NCBI RefSeq assembly: GCF_001194135.2
Contig: NC_068982.1
Span: 165,098,617-165,155,482, forward strand
Direction of reading: 5' to 3'
DNA: 56,866 bases
Source: Octopus bimaculoides
Taxonomy: Eukaryota
The first letter of the stretch is position 1; each line of letters starts with the position of its first letter. Position numbers and translations under genes: made by a program. The notes under the pieces were generated by a model. The model made no database searches. It was not told where the DNA came from and saw nothing but the letters and a program-made list of their open reading frames with translations. Positions 13,091-26,681 of the stretch are shown here, in pieces.

Positions 13091-13133
13091 TAGGCGTCAG
13101 AAAATTATTTTAAATCTACTGGATTCCAGAGCC
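13091..13133 (+). CDS. Candidate small exon (RRQKIILNLLDSRA)
   Basis: Strong acceptor ttatttcttgtttgcag and donor C|gtaagt; one open frame (phase 2 to 0). No recognised homology. Confidence 0.27.
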
Positions 13134-15544
13134 GTAAGTCTAAAAGTTTTGTCATGTAAAACTTTAAAAGATAAATTAATGAAAACAGAATATTTAGGTG
13201 TATTGTTTGACAAGAGCTTTCTTTTAAGTATTTTATTAGTATAGTTATATAAACAGATAATTGAATATATATGTTTATTCCTTTCAACAATAAACATGCC
13301 GAATAAAGCAATTATATGTTAAAGCAGTCAAATGTCATTTGATTTATAATTTGATTTTTATTGAAAGCATTTTTTGCATAATTTTATATTATATTAACTT
13401 CAGTGAATGAAGTTGAAATTTAGTATTGTTATTGAATAATTGTTATTGTTTATTGCTACATTTGTTACCGTTGCTACTCTTAATTATTATTGTTGTTACT
13501 AATGTCTTTTAGCCGTTATTGTTGAATTTCTGATGTGTTAGTTTATGTTATTCTACATAGTGTTATTTAGATGCCATTAAAATTCTTGTTAAATTAACTC
13601 GGAAAATATGACGCATTATTTTCATTTATTCACATGTATATACACTTCCTATTAGGAGAAAATATAAAATTATTATTTGCTTTGTCTTATTTTTAGCACA
13701 TTTAATATTAAATTGTCAATTCTTGTCTCTCACTTATCCTGATTAGACTAAGCAATATGATTATAAATGGGACGAAGACAGGTAATAAGACTAGTGTAAT
13801 GTCTAAGTAGTTTTATCTTTTGCCAACCGCTCAAAATCCACAGTCAAACTAAGACGAAATATAAATAAAATTGTTCTTAGAGTAAGGTGAAAGAAAAACA
13901 AGAACAAGACTAATATAGTTTTCTTTTTAAATCTGATTTTATCAATTGCAGCTGACAACTTAGGAGATATTTTAGTCTTATTAGGTCTTGTCACTGACCA
14001 CACAGTCAGTAGACCAATTTCTTTAGCATTATTATTGTTACTTTCCAGGCTTCTTTCTGATTGAGAAGAGCCATCGTAAAAGATCCCCAAGTCGTAGCTA
14101 TTCCATCTTTTTTGTATATCTAGCAAAATCAACTTTACCCAATAGTTTTTTTTCTTTCTCTTTGAAAATGATACTGAGATTTGGATTATATCTCAAACCG
14201 GTTGAACGAATACATATACATTCTCTGTTGTGTAATCTAAAGATTGCAGCATACATAAAACAGGTATATAATTGAAGTTTTGAATACAATACGCATTTAT
14301 TTGGTGATACATTAATAAATCGATCACTCAATACAAGTCGTATAAGAGCATGGAGAATGCAGTTTTTTTTTATTTTAGACATACTTATACATGCATGTAT
14401 TGGTAACTAGACCAAGTTAATGCCTGTTTTCTTCAAATAATAAAGCAAACAGTAAGTTTGAAATGCTGAAGTGCTTTGTTTTTACAGAGTTGTCTTCACA
14501 AATGTAGACAATAAGAGGTCGACACAGATCTGGCAGGAACTCACACACAGTTAAGTGCAATAAAAAGAAATGCTTCGTAGGGATTCGACTTTACATTCTG
14601 AAATATTTGTCACTGAAGCTCAGCACAAGCTACAAAAGTTGTACTGCCACAAATTGCTGATAAAACGAAAACAATCAAATGCAACATTAAAAATTTTTTA
14701 AAGTAATAATAACGTACTGATTCTGCAACCATAATTATCCATCAGTATAAATTTCGTCATAAGTGGATATGGGGATTATAAATTGTAAATATTCTTGGTA
14801 TTGAAACGTATCCGTATATGTGTATGAATATGTATGTATTAGCACATAGTACAAAATTAGATGTATAGAAATGATTGTAATAGATGTATTGGAATGGTAC
14901 TTGATTAAATGACAAAACTAAAAAAAGAAGAGATATTCCCTGAAGTATGTATCGTGACTTCGTAATTTCACATTATAAGGTAGAATTTAGATAGGTCTCT
15001 GAGATATGCTCAAATAACAATAAATGAATTTCGATCGCTAAGGAATTACTGATGACATTATATTCATTCTCCACAGATCGCCTTCTGATGATAAACCAAT
15101 TTCTCTATTGTTATGAGCGATTAGAACTTTATACAAGTATAGTAATTTGATGGACATATGAACACCTAAAAATTTTAGCTAGATTCAATAAAATTTTATT
15201 ATTCGTAACCTCTTCATCAGTACTTCATATCAGAGTATAGGTGATATTAATCTAGTCGCATAAATACAATCTTTTACTGATCACTATTAAAGATTGAGTG
15301 TGATACGTACACGTGTATGTTCTCTTTTCTTTTTAATTTTTCTTATTCTTCCTATGAGGAAGGAGCTGGTTTCTAAAAAAGGTAGAAAGCTTCATCGTTG
15401 GAGTGTAGATAGCAGCAAAAAATGTCCCGTCTTAAACATGAGAAAAGCCTTGTATAACTTTACTGTTCCACTTATTTCTAATATGCGAATTAGTTGGTCG
15501 ATTCCTTTTTCTGAAAACTCTTACTTACACTGTTTGTCACTTAC

Positions 15545-15591
15545 AAACGCAAATGCACCGATTGTTATTGTTATACATGTAAATTTATAAT
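15545..15591 (-). CDS. Candidate small exon (YKFTCITITIGAFAF)
   Basis: Minus-strand acceptor ctaatttctatacccag, donor T|gtaagt, one open frame (phase 1 to 0). Confidence 0.25.
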
Positions 15592-16604
15592 CTGGGTATA
15601 GAAATTAGACGTTTCGAATCAGTTGTTCATAATTACCCTCCTCTTTCGTTTTAAAAGACATATTCATATCAACACGACGACTGACCTCTATAACGGTACA
15701 TACATTTTCTTGACTGCCTCAAACAGCAATATCCGACCAATCATGTTTACACTTAACACATATGTGAGTGACTGTTCTACCAGTATACCTTGCGTTGATG
15801 TCTGTGTGTTTATTCAATAACAGGAGAGGTTTTCTATATTTATTCCAAGACAGTCTTTTTTCTGAATGGTATTGCATATTACTTTTGTGATAAGGTCGTG
15901 TCGCAGAGGGAAATAGTACCTTCATGAAACTTTTGAGCGTGTGCTAATCACATGCGTGGTGTGTTCCACAGAAATATGATATAATCTACATTTTCGGTTA
16001 CCTCTTGTAGGTCCAAGGGCTTTACTGTCTCATTTGTTTATTAGGTATTTCTTATCAGTCTCCTGTTCTTGGGTTGCTAGAAATCATAACCGGGTCTGAA
16101 GTACATTTCAGAATGGAGTCGTCCGAGAAGCAAACCGCTTTTAATCAATCATCTGACAAACGTTTCATCCATTTCTTAGTTGACGTGCGTAAAAACTCGA
16201 TAAAGTTTTAATGCATCTAAATATTTGGATACAGGTCTACCCGAATTAAAGGTGTTGAATCAAGTAGGTGTACTTTTTGCCAATACTGTATGTTTGTAGA
16301 ATGTTTAATCTGGTGACTTTCCATTCAATCCGAGAAGTAATGAAAGACGGTAATTATAGAGGCAACATGAATATCTTTCAAGTTCACGATTGGACTTCGA
16401 ATTTGATGCATAGTAACTAGTTTATAGAAGTATAGTAAATTAGCGTTTCAGTATGTTTTGTCTTGTAGTCGTGTTTATGACAAATAAAAATATAGATGCT
16501 TTGCCGTTCAACATCCTAAGGTCTAGAGAATAATTTCCAATCAAATAATATGACATGCCTATCGATTTCCCTACTCTGTGTGGCATTATAGCAGTAAGGG
16601 CAGT

Positions 16605-16616
16605 AGCAGCAGCAGC

Positions 16617-16657
<41 letters not shown>
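16605..16657. repeat. (AGC)/(AGT)n trinucleotide microsatellite
   Basis: Directly visible. Confidence 0.95.
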
Positions 16658-16658
<1 letters not shown>

Positions 16659-18537
16659 AAAAATGCGGGTACAGTTTTTAAATTATTCTGAGCTTATTGT
16701 TGCGTTAATTCACTTCATTGCATACTGTGGATTATTACTTGGTGCCATAAGTCGAATTCCATAGAATAAGAGGAAGCTATGCGCAAAAAATACGATATGG
16801 CAGTAAGTTTGAATACTATTTTCCCATAATTTCAGCTTGTTGATGTTAATAATCTCTTGGAGAATATCACGCACGTAGCAGTTTTCAATTTCCACCACCC
16901 CCACAACGGCCACACACACTAAAATATATGATATCTTGTATCTATTCCAAATATGATTAAATTACCAAATGTGGAAAAAAAAACACACCTTGCGCTACAT
17001 TCAGAAAAAACACACGTATGGACATACTGGAAATGGAGTAGGGAGAAATTTAGAGTAAGATGTAGATAGATAAAAATCTATTAGAAAGGACAGAACAATC
17101 TTTTTTTTTTATCTTGTATTTTCCTGTATTTTCCAAAATTTACCGAAACAAAATTCAATCGATATCGCAAGGGTATTCAACATGAAGCTCTAATGTGCAA
17201 TTTGAGAAACATTTTTCTTTCATTTTCAGCGTTACTACCAATAATTGTCTTTATCCGTCACTAATATTCGCCTAGATTTGTTTGATAAGAGAAATATGGA
17301 TTTCCAGCAGGTGTATATATGGATAATAAGAAAAAAATATTTATCGTCAAATGCAAAAATAAGATATCCATTTTTTATTCCTATTATCTACAAATAAAAA
17401 TTCAAAGAATTGCATTGTACATGCAATAGTTTTCAATAGGCACGCAGAAAAATAAAAATAAACTGAAAATGTTCTGTTCATCATTAATAGTGTAAAATAG
17501 TTGCAAGATGCTTTCATTTGCAATATTCCATAATATTGTATACGTATGTTCAATCGTCTTGGCTTTTGTGTTTTAGTAGGGTTCTTTTTGTTAAATTATA
17601 TTTTGCAATAATTTCTTCTTGTGGTTTTTTTTTTTTTTTCTAAATCAGAAGTGTGTATATTGATTTGTGTGCGTTTTGTAGCATTTCACTAAGGCTTGTC
17701 AACATATCAGTTTTACCCATTAATCTTATAAGGAAGTCTTGCCAAAACAATGTTTTATCAAATTATTTATTTCTTAATATTAGCGTTTGATAGTTTTATC
17801 CAGAAATCAAATTATAAAGCATACTTATTTTTGTAATTTTACTTCTTCTATTCTGCAATATTGCAAAAAATTACTTTCAATAATGGTAGCACTTTTACTG
17901 GAACAAAAAATAAAAAAAGAAACGTGCTGTGTCTTGATTATTGTTTTCACGTAAATGTAACATTTATGGGAAATGTTCCTTGAAAGTTTTATATACTTAT
18001 AGAAAAAAGTATTAGTACTAATACAATATCAAAGTGAAGCTAAAATAAAATAGCTTACTACTGTTACAAAAATCAGATGGCAAAGTGTAATATAGTTGGT
18101 GCGTATCGTTTGGTAGGTCGTTAATGACTTGATTAGTTTCACTCACAATAAATGTGTTTTACAAACCTTTGTTTCGTGAATATATGAAATTCTCGGAAGC
18201 TAAAAAAATCAAAAGAAAAAATGTTTTAGTTGATTTTAAAAAGACAATATGCTACTGGCATTTGTTAAACCGACATATTCTTAATACTACACAGTAAAGA
18301 GGAATAGACATTTTGATGTTAAGACTATTGGTATTATTGATGCTATCTATTGGCATGAAACAAACATGTTTATGTGATATAAGAGTAACACAGAATGGTT
18401 ATATTAAGAAAGGAAGACATCTGTTCAGATATATCCGCATTCTTGCATTACTAATATTCCAATGCCTGGTATACGTTAGATATTTACTCTGTATTTCTTT
18501 CAATATATAACTAGAATCTCCGATATTTTATGCTTAC

Positions 18538-18595
18538 TTGGTGATTCAAGAGGCGCTGTTTCAAGACGCCAGAACATTTCTATATATCTCAGAGA
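18538..18595 (-). CDS. Candidate exon (SLRYIEMFWRLETAPLESP)
   Basis: Minus-strand acceptor catttcatttttccaaag, donor A|gtaagc, one open frame (phase 0 to 1). Confidence 0.27.
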
Positions 18596-18847
18596 CTTTG
18601 GAAAAATGAAATGCGTCTGGCGTAACTTTTATGTTTTTCGACGGAAAACCCGTTCGTTATTGTCATATACATCTCTTTCAGTATAAGTCTGAATAAAAGT
18701 TTTCCTTCTCTAATAGGTTAACGACTTTAAAATGTTTTTCTGACCGTTGACTGAACACTATTCAATTTTTTTTCTCCGTGTTTTTCTCCTTGTCTTGTTA
18801 TTTACACCACCTGTCCTCGTCTGTTGTTATTATTTGTATATTCTCCC

Positions 18848-18866
18848 ATATATATATATATGTATA

Positions 18867-18945
<79 letters not shown>
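18848..18945. repeat. Long (TA)n microsatellite
   Basis: Directly visible. Confidence 0.95.
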
Positions 18946-18948
<3 letters not shown>

Positions 18949-20166
18949 TATGTGTGTGCGCACATATGCACAACAAGACAGAAATATATAAATTATAAAC
19001 TACATCTGCATATCTGTGTACATATATATCGTTGCTCTTTGTAGTATATGGTGAGGATACATCACCATATATACAGTACTGCCGGATACATTAAGATATG
19101 TTGTATATATACTTTTAAGTTCCATATATATATATATATATGTATATGACAAAAAAACTACACAATAAGAGTTACTTTATATTTTTCTTCCTCTGAATAA
19201 CTTTAGTTTCCTTACATTTGTATCTTTAATGATGTTTGTAAAATATAAAAGAAACCTAAGTTTATTGTTATTTTATCCCTTAAAGTAAACAATCTATTCT
19301 TTACAAAAACGTCAGTATCAAATGAATCGAATTCAACTAAGTACTGCCTTCATTTTGCATATTTGTTTACAATAATAGAGCTAAAAAAACTGTATCATAG
19401 TGTCTTTATTTAAACTCAACCGTCGATCAATATATATTCCAGTGACGTATTTCTCATCATTCGCATATATTTATCTTACTTCTATATGTACAGATCTGAA
19501 GAAACATTTTTATGACTGACTGTTTCCATGTGCATAGTCGTATCGAAAATATATTATGTGCAAGTATACATGGGCACATAAATTCAAAAGCGAATATATC
19601 TCCCTCTTCCGCTCTCTCGTCTTCTATCTATGTGTTTATGACTATGTATATATCCATGCAAACGCATACACACTCACACATATAGCAATGAATGTAACTT
19701 GCATAAAGTATGCACTCTGGCAATAGGGCAGCAGTTACCGTATACATAGATGGCTAATTCAGTTAATTATTGCTTTCACTCCATGTTCTAGACTTTTAAA
19801 TGACCGGGTGTATATTCGAAACGTCAGTGAATGGTAAATTCAGTTATACCCATATCAGATACAAAGCTTGTTGCGGATATGCGTCACTAAAAAATAACCC
19901 AAAACGGTCATATATATTTGACCGTCGCAATGATGAAATTTCATTGGGCTATGATATTCATTTTGATTTTAACACAGCAAGTACTTAAGAGATGCTATCC
20001 TTGTGCAAATACTACGTTAACTGCAGCATCTTCAGATGAATATATAGATATGTGAAAAGCCATTGCCAAACAATATAGTATCCACACAACTGAGTGTTGA
20101 AACAATAAATGCTATGAAAAACCTTGGTAGTTTGATACTTTGATTATTTTGGATGCAAAACCATTA

Positions 20167-22460
20167 CACTGGTCAACAAAAGTAAGTGTATTATACTCAT
20201 TACGGATGCAAACCGACTATTTTAGACGAATTTTTCATTCTGACATCAAACATTCACACCATTTGTATGCAGTGTTTCGGTAGATACACGCAAATATTAA
20301 CATATCTGTATATAAGAAATCATTAACGTAATGAAAGAGGACATGTTATTTTTAGAAAGTAAATGAGTTTATTGAGTTAAAAATCATCACTATCATTTTA
20401 CAAAGAGTGAATACACAAAAAATGGGTCAGACAAAACAAAGTTAGAACAACAGTTTTAGAAATATTGTGATTTTGTTTTCTTGCGGTGTACCTGATCTGG
20501 TTGATCACGGTAGTCAGCCAGCATACTGTCATTCCAGAAGCCTTGGTACTGTTTGTCTATAGCACTAATGTCCTGGTGAAATCTTCCGCCAATTCATCAG
20601 ACATTGCTCCAAGGTTGTCTACGGAGAAATCCAGATGGGAGTTCAAGAATGAACTTTCGGTGACAACCTATTGCTGAGTAACGTTTCAGAAAATTCTTGA
20701 CGCTATCCTTGTAGTCCATTGCCGTCTTGTTGTCCAAGAAATTCTTACAGATTTTCAATTGAAAGCATTCCAGGCAGTCAGTTCCAGTTCATCCAGTATT
20801 GTCTTGAAGTTGACATCTTTTAGCACTTCTCTAATTTGAGGTCCGACAAAGATAGCTCCTTTCAAATTCGCCTGTGTGATCTTGGGAAACTTTTCTAAAA
20901 TATACTCAAATACTCTGGCATTTCTTTTCGTTAGTGTTTTTTCAAACTGTTCTATCAGTCCAAGCTTTACGTGCAAAGGAGGCAATAGGACATCTATAAG
21001 ATGTATATTCTTGACACTAGATAGTCCTGGCTGGTATGATGTTCTTGTCTGCCAGTTTAATTCCGAATAATGTCTGTCCGTTCTCCGACTATCCTATAGA
21101 CACAAGAAACAAAAATATTTTGTGAAACCTGACTGCATTCCCATTAACATTCCAGTAACTTTTAAATATTCCCATATTTTCCATGAATATCTTTCATAAG
21201 CAATGGAATGAAGTAAAAGTTCCATTTTCTCATATGATTCCTGAAGATGAATGGGGTGTGCAATAGGAATTGGAGGCTTCAATTTACCATTATGGAGAAG
21301 TACAACTTTTAAACTTCGTTTTAAAGAGTCAATAAACAAACGGCACACTGCAGGATCAGGATTTCGTGATAAACATTCGAAAAGTCCATCGATGTTACTG
21401 CAAAAGCAAAACACGTTTGAAGAACCACATTTCTCAGCCGAAAATAAGGTATATGAACGCCGTGCGCTAACAGATACTTCTCCTTCAGTCTTGATGCCAA
21501 CAGCTACGCTTTATCTTTTGAGAGGGATAGGTCTCTGACAAGGTCATTCAGTTCAGCTTGAAAAAATTTCTGAGGTTCAAAGCTATCGTCATCAGCCATG
21601 AAACCTTCATCAGCATCATCATCTGTTGTTCCGATGCCATCATCTGATGGAACTGGATTTGACAGACTTCCATTGTGAGGCACACGTCTCATTGCTGAAT
21701 CCAAATTGGGATATACAATTTTGTGTTTATTTTTCATTGAAAATCCCATGACATTTACTTTGCAAAAATAAGTCATTAAAATATTCTTTCGGTTCCTTCC
21801 ATATCATTGGAATGGCAAAAGTCATGGAATTATTATTATTATTGAACCAGTTACGTATGCCACTTGAGCAAGCTGAGCAGATAAAACGTTGTGCCCATAA
21901 CTTATCCTGATCTCCAAGAGGACAAAGTTTAGCTCATTAATCTTCTTGATCTCTTGTGTTATTGTACTTGTTTGAACTTTCGCAATAAATTGTCCACAGA
22001 CATATCAAAACACATCACCACTATTTTTACACTGTCTTGACATTGTTGACACTCTAAAGCAAGTAAGGAAATAGATATAAACGGTTATACTTATATTGAA
22101 TTTGAGATGGTGAAATATTTCATCAGACCATTTATAACTTGACAGTTTGAGATGTTGAAATACCTATTTCATCAGACAAAACTTGATTGGTTAATTTAAG
22201 ATGATGAAAGATTGCATCTGAACTATGCAGCAATGAATAATGCAATTTATTTTAAAGGTATGTTTCCATGATGTAAATACATGATACACGTCATTAATTG
22301 AATACTTTATATAATGCATAAGCTAAAACAAAATAAAACTTTGTCACCTTGAAAACTGTAGGTGGTGTCAAAAACCTAAATGTATATTTTAAATTAGCAT
22401 TAAAATCTACACTAAGTACACCTTCACATATGCTTGATGAAAATTACTTCTTGACCAGTG
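20167..22460 (-). mobile_element. Chapaev3-type (CMC superfamily) DNA transposon, full length, dead
   Basis: Termini CACTGGTCAACAAAAGTAA (20167) and TTACTTCTTGACCAGTG (22460); identical 3-bp TTA flanks (20164-20166, 22461-22463); transposase motifs inside. Confidence 0.85.
20456..22043 (-). pseudogene. Chapaev3-like transposase pseudogene
   Basis: Starts MSRQCKNSGDVF*YVCG, then GDQDKLWA..ICSAC, YFCKVNVMG..IVYPNLDSAMRRVPH, CRLFIDSLKRSLKVVLLHNG, GMQSGFTKYFCFLCL, LLPPLHVKLGL, IFVGPQIR and QYQGFWNDSMLADY. Multiple frameshifts and stops. Confidence 0.88.
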
Positions 22461-23369
22461 TTATTCGATAAAGCTGGAGTGTTATAAAATTTGCTGCAAA
22501 TTTTCCTGTTTATAAGCAGGTAAATGTAATACTCTTTACTCTTCACTTAAATTATAAAGGTTAACATTCTGATAAAGGAAACCTAAACTGTCAAAGATTA
22601 CACCTCAAGATTTTTCTGCGTCCTTTCTACTCTAGAATCAACCGTTTTGTAACCAAATTGTTTGTTTTATTCGTCACGATACAACAAAACCAGCCTAACA
22701 TTTAAAGTAGATGCCATACTGTTGCACCGTCCGAAGCCACATTTCTGCCAGTTCTTTGAAGCCACGCTGATACTGGTCGTTGTCATTCCAGGTGAATAAC
22801 TCCTTCACTAAAGCTTCAACCTACACTTGGTTGATGAAGCGTCGCGAGTGTACGACGTGACTCATAGACCAGAATAAGTTATAACCAATAACCAATCTAT
22901 TCTGATGTATAGAAAACTTTCGGTTATTTTAGTTTAGTGCAGTTACACTTGCGTTTCGTACACTGAAATTTTATTCAATTCGGCAGGCTTTCCGCATTGT
23001 CATTGAATGTATTAGTATCTGTTTCTTATACATTGGAGTTGAATATTTCGTCTAGGCTTTTGATTGATGGCTACTCCTCATTGATAAAGCTTAGTAAGGA
23101 TGAAACATGTCCAACATTTTCGTGAAATATCGCTGGAACATCGTTCCCATAAGTCTGACATATATCTTTAACATAATATTCCATGAAACAGTTCTATCAC
23201 TGACACGAAACATAGTATCATACCAATCACAGGTGTATAAAAGCTAATTATGTTACATGGACATTTTCATTTCATGCTATATCAATTGTTTCATCCAAGT
23301 TCATATATAGATAAGTATGTTTGCATACATATGCACGCGTAACATACACACCGGCACACACATATGAGG

Positions 23370-23520
23370 TTATCACGTGATCGACCAGAAGCAGGACTAG
23401 AGCAACGTGAAATGAAGTGTTTTTCTCAAGAAAACAACGCGCTGCCCGGTCTGAGAATCGAACGCAGGTTCTCGCGAGCGTGAGTGCAACAGTCCGATCA
23501 CTAGGACATCCGCCTTCATT
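23370..23520 (-). mobile_element. tRNA-derived SINE, 5' part
   Basis: The minus strand has a B-box-like GTTCGATTC followed by TTCTTGAGAAAAACACTTCATTTCACGTTGCTCTAGTCC, homologous to the copy at 53969-54290. Confidence 0.7.
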
Positions 23521-23590
23521 CACACACACACACACATACACACATACACACACACGCACAGACTCACTGATACACATATCTATATATTTA

Positions 23591-23628
<38 letters not shown>

Positions 23629-26582
23629 NNNNNNNNNNNNNNNNNNNNNNNNNNNNNNNNNNNNNNNNNNNNNNNNNNNNNNNNNNNNNNNNNNNNNNNN
23701 NNNNNNNNNNNNNNNNNNNNNNNNNNNNNNNNNNNNNNNNNNNNNNNNNNNNNNNNNNNNNNNNNNNNNNNNNNNNNNNNNNNNNNNNNNNNNNNNNNNN
23801 NNNNNNNNNNNNNNNNNNNNNNNNNNNNNNNNNNNNNNNNNNNNNNNNNNNNNNNNNNNNNNNNNNNNNNNNNNNNNNNNNNNNNNNNNNNNNNNNNNNN
23901 NNNNNNNNNNNNNNNNNNNNNNNNNNNNNNNNNNNNNNNNNNNNNNNNNNNNNNNNNNNNNNNNNNNNNNNNNNNNNNNNNNNNNNNNNNNNNNNNNNNN
24001 NNNNNNNNNNNNNNNNNNNNNNNNNNNNNNNNNNNNNNNNNNNNNNNNNNNNNNNNNNNNNNNNNNNNNNNNNNNNNNNNNNNNNNNNNNNNNNNNNNNN
24101 NNNNNNNNNNNNNNNNNNNNNNNNNNNNNNNNNNNNNNNNNNNNNNNNNNNNNNNNNNNNNNNNNNNNNNNNNNNNNNNNNNNNNNNNNNNNNNNNNNNN
24201 NNNNNNNNNNNNNNNNNNNNNNNNNNNNNNNNNNNNNNNNNNNNNNNNNNNNNNNNNNNNNNNNNNNNNNNNNNNNNNNNNNNNNNNNNNNNNNNNNNNN
24301 NNNNNNNNNNNNNNNNNNNNNNNNNNNNNNNNNNNNNNNNNNNNNNNNNNNNNNNNNNNNNNNNNNNNNNNNNNNNNNNNNNNNNNNNNNNNNNNNNNNN
24401 NNNNNNNNNNNNNNNNNNNNNNNNNNNNNNNNNNNNNNNTATATATATATATATGTATATATGCATCTATATATATATAGATGCATTCCCATGCTGGCCA
24501 CTTGATAAAAATCGATATTTTATATATCGACCTTATCCTTATTTATATAAATTTATTTCGTCACTATATTTGCTGCGCTGATATTCTGACCATATCGCAC
24601 GAAGAGTTTTTAAGCGAGCAATTTAAACTGGTCGTGTGCATACGTCCATATATATGTATGTATACGTTAATATATGTAAGTATATCGTATATTTGTATTT
24701 TTGAGGTTTTCTGAGTGTATTCCACTGATGAGGCAAAGCATTTCTTATGCAAAGCCAGAAATCCAGGATCCAACAGTATATATACGGTGTTTGTGTGTGT
24801 GTGTGTGTGTTTCTATGTGTGTATGTGTATGTGTGTGGATATGAATTCGCACAGAAATATACACACGCAAATAAATGCATGTATATCTCTGGGTGTGAAA
24901 AGAAGGATGGATGGATGCATGGATGGTTGGATAAAATTACATGAATTATACAAATGAGTTAAGAATCCAACAGAATATCAAGATTAAACTTATTTTCTAA
25001 AACTTTACCTTGTTACTGTTTTAAATAAGTGAGCTTTTGTCTCGTCAAATAATGTAGAATTAATTATATTGTTTCGAGATATTCTGATCGACCATTTTTA
25101 TTTAATTATTAGTTTTCTTTATTCTGAGAATATTGCAGAGATTAAAATCAAAGATAAACTATTGATATCGTATCCCAATTCTTTCCGTAGGGTAATATAA
25201 AGTTGTTTTTTTGTCTTGCTTTTTTTATATGTGTTTCCTTAACATGAATGTCATCATCTATTCAATTACTATGCTATATCAACATTTTGTCCTCTGCAGT
25301 GGCGTGAAAGTAATATGCAAAGAACATTATCAGAAAAGTTTCTCTTCAAGGCCTCTTCAGTGATAAGAAAAATTGTCTCTAAATAAATTTCAAATGCACA
25401 TTAAGCTTTATAAATTGCTTTTATTTTGCGTTTTGAATTCAATATATTTCCTGTTTAATATTAGGATGATAGCTCAAGTGTTTGAGAAGCTAATGGCAGA
25501 CACAGAATATTTCTTTCTCAACGTGTCATCAGATGTTATTTTGGCCTTCCATACATGCAAAGCAATATAGCCCTCGTTTTATGGAGCACTATAAAACTGC
25601 AAAGAAAGCAAACGGAGAAAATTTGCTTCCGAATAGCTATAACATAAGTGATAACGGTTGAATGATATCCAATAAAGCTGTTTCATATTTTAACAAATAT
25701 TAAACCAATGATAACTTAATTCTATCGTGGATGAAGAATTTATAATCTTCACTTTCATGTAGTGTGTGACTTTGTAAATGTATATACCAGAATGTATTTC
25801 TATATGCAGGTATGTATGATACGTTCAGTTTACTACAAAACGTTGTAAGTTTCGAAAAGAAATACATTGATGACAGAAAAAAGTATAAACTTTTCTAAAA
25901 GTTCTTATCTTTGATAATACATCTTGGCATCGCACCCTTTTAGTAGATCTAGCTTTTTATTAGATATACTTTTAGCATGAAGCTCTTTCTCCATGCAGGA
26001 TTTTACAACCATTCATTCACGTGAAGATTCATGCGAAAGAGAATATTTCCAATTTCTCGAAGAAAATAAATATTACAACTTTAAATTAATAAAACAACAG
26101 TTTATATGTTTGGGGTGAAGGCATATGCGTTGATTCTGGTCTCATTTATATTCCCTTCAACAATTATTTTGCTTCACAAATGTATGTTGCAAGTCGTCGA
26201 CTTTACTTCAACTACTTCTGTGTACTTGACAGCAACGAACTTTGCCTAATCTTAGTTTCTTATAAATCTGAAGATCTGTACACTGATAAGAAATTCTTAT
26301 TTTAGATTCCCAGCACGCGTTTTATTTCAGCTGTTAATATTAGAGTAGTTTGTTTGATATATCAATGTGAATACGAAAATTACGCCGTCTCTCTATAAAA
26401 CTACAATCAACTTTACACCTGACTATTATCTTTTATTGATTATAATCATATATAATTCATTAGGAGGTTTGGATTATTTGCTTGATTTAGTTTGTAGATG
26501 AGTTCAATATTTATGCCAAAGATTTTATTAAACTTGCAAACCTGAAATGCGATACAATTAGGTTTCTTATTCAAATCCTTAC

Positions 26583-26681
26583 TTGTTTGTCTAATATTGG
26601 TAACAATTTACAGAGGAATAAAAGATTAATTGCCTCAAGTAGCTGAATAAGAAAGGATTCGTTGATAAATCTTTCAACAAT
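26583..26681 (-). CDS. Candidate internal exon (IVERFINESFLIQLLEAINLLFLCKLLPILDKQ), product unknown
   Basis: 99 nt, phase 0 to 0, acceptor ttctatttctatttctag, donor CAA|gtaagg; helical protein-like composition. No recognised family. Confidence 0.4.

Noticed and set aside
13803-14382. Two overlapping minus-strand ORFs (94 and 109 aa)
   Set aside because: No recognisable motif and no consistent splice or phase support.
22003-22010. TGA at a conserved Cys codon in the Chapaev N-terminal zinc motif (possible Sec)
   Set aside because: The ORF has many other lesions, so a single-base nonsense change is the simpler explanation.
22825-23115. Two partial hammerhead-like strings (TTGATGA-A-GCGTCG..CGACGT; GAAACATGTC)
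   Set aside because: Each lacks essential parts (GAAA or a helix I partner). Too degenerate to call.
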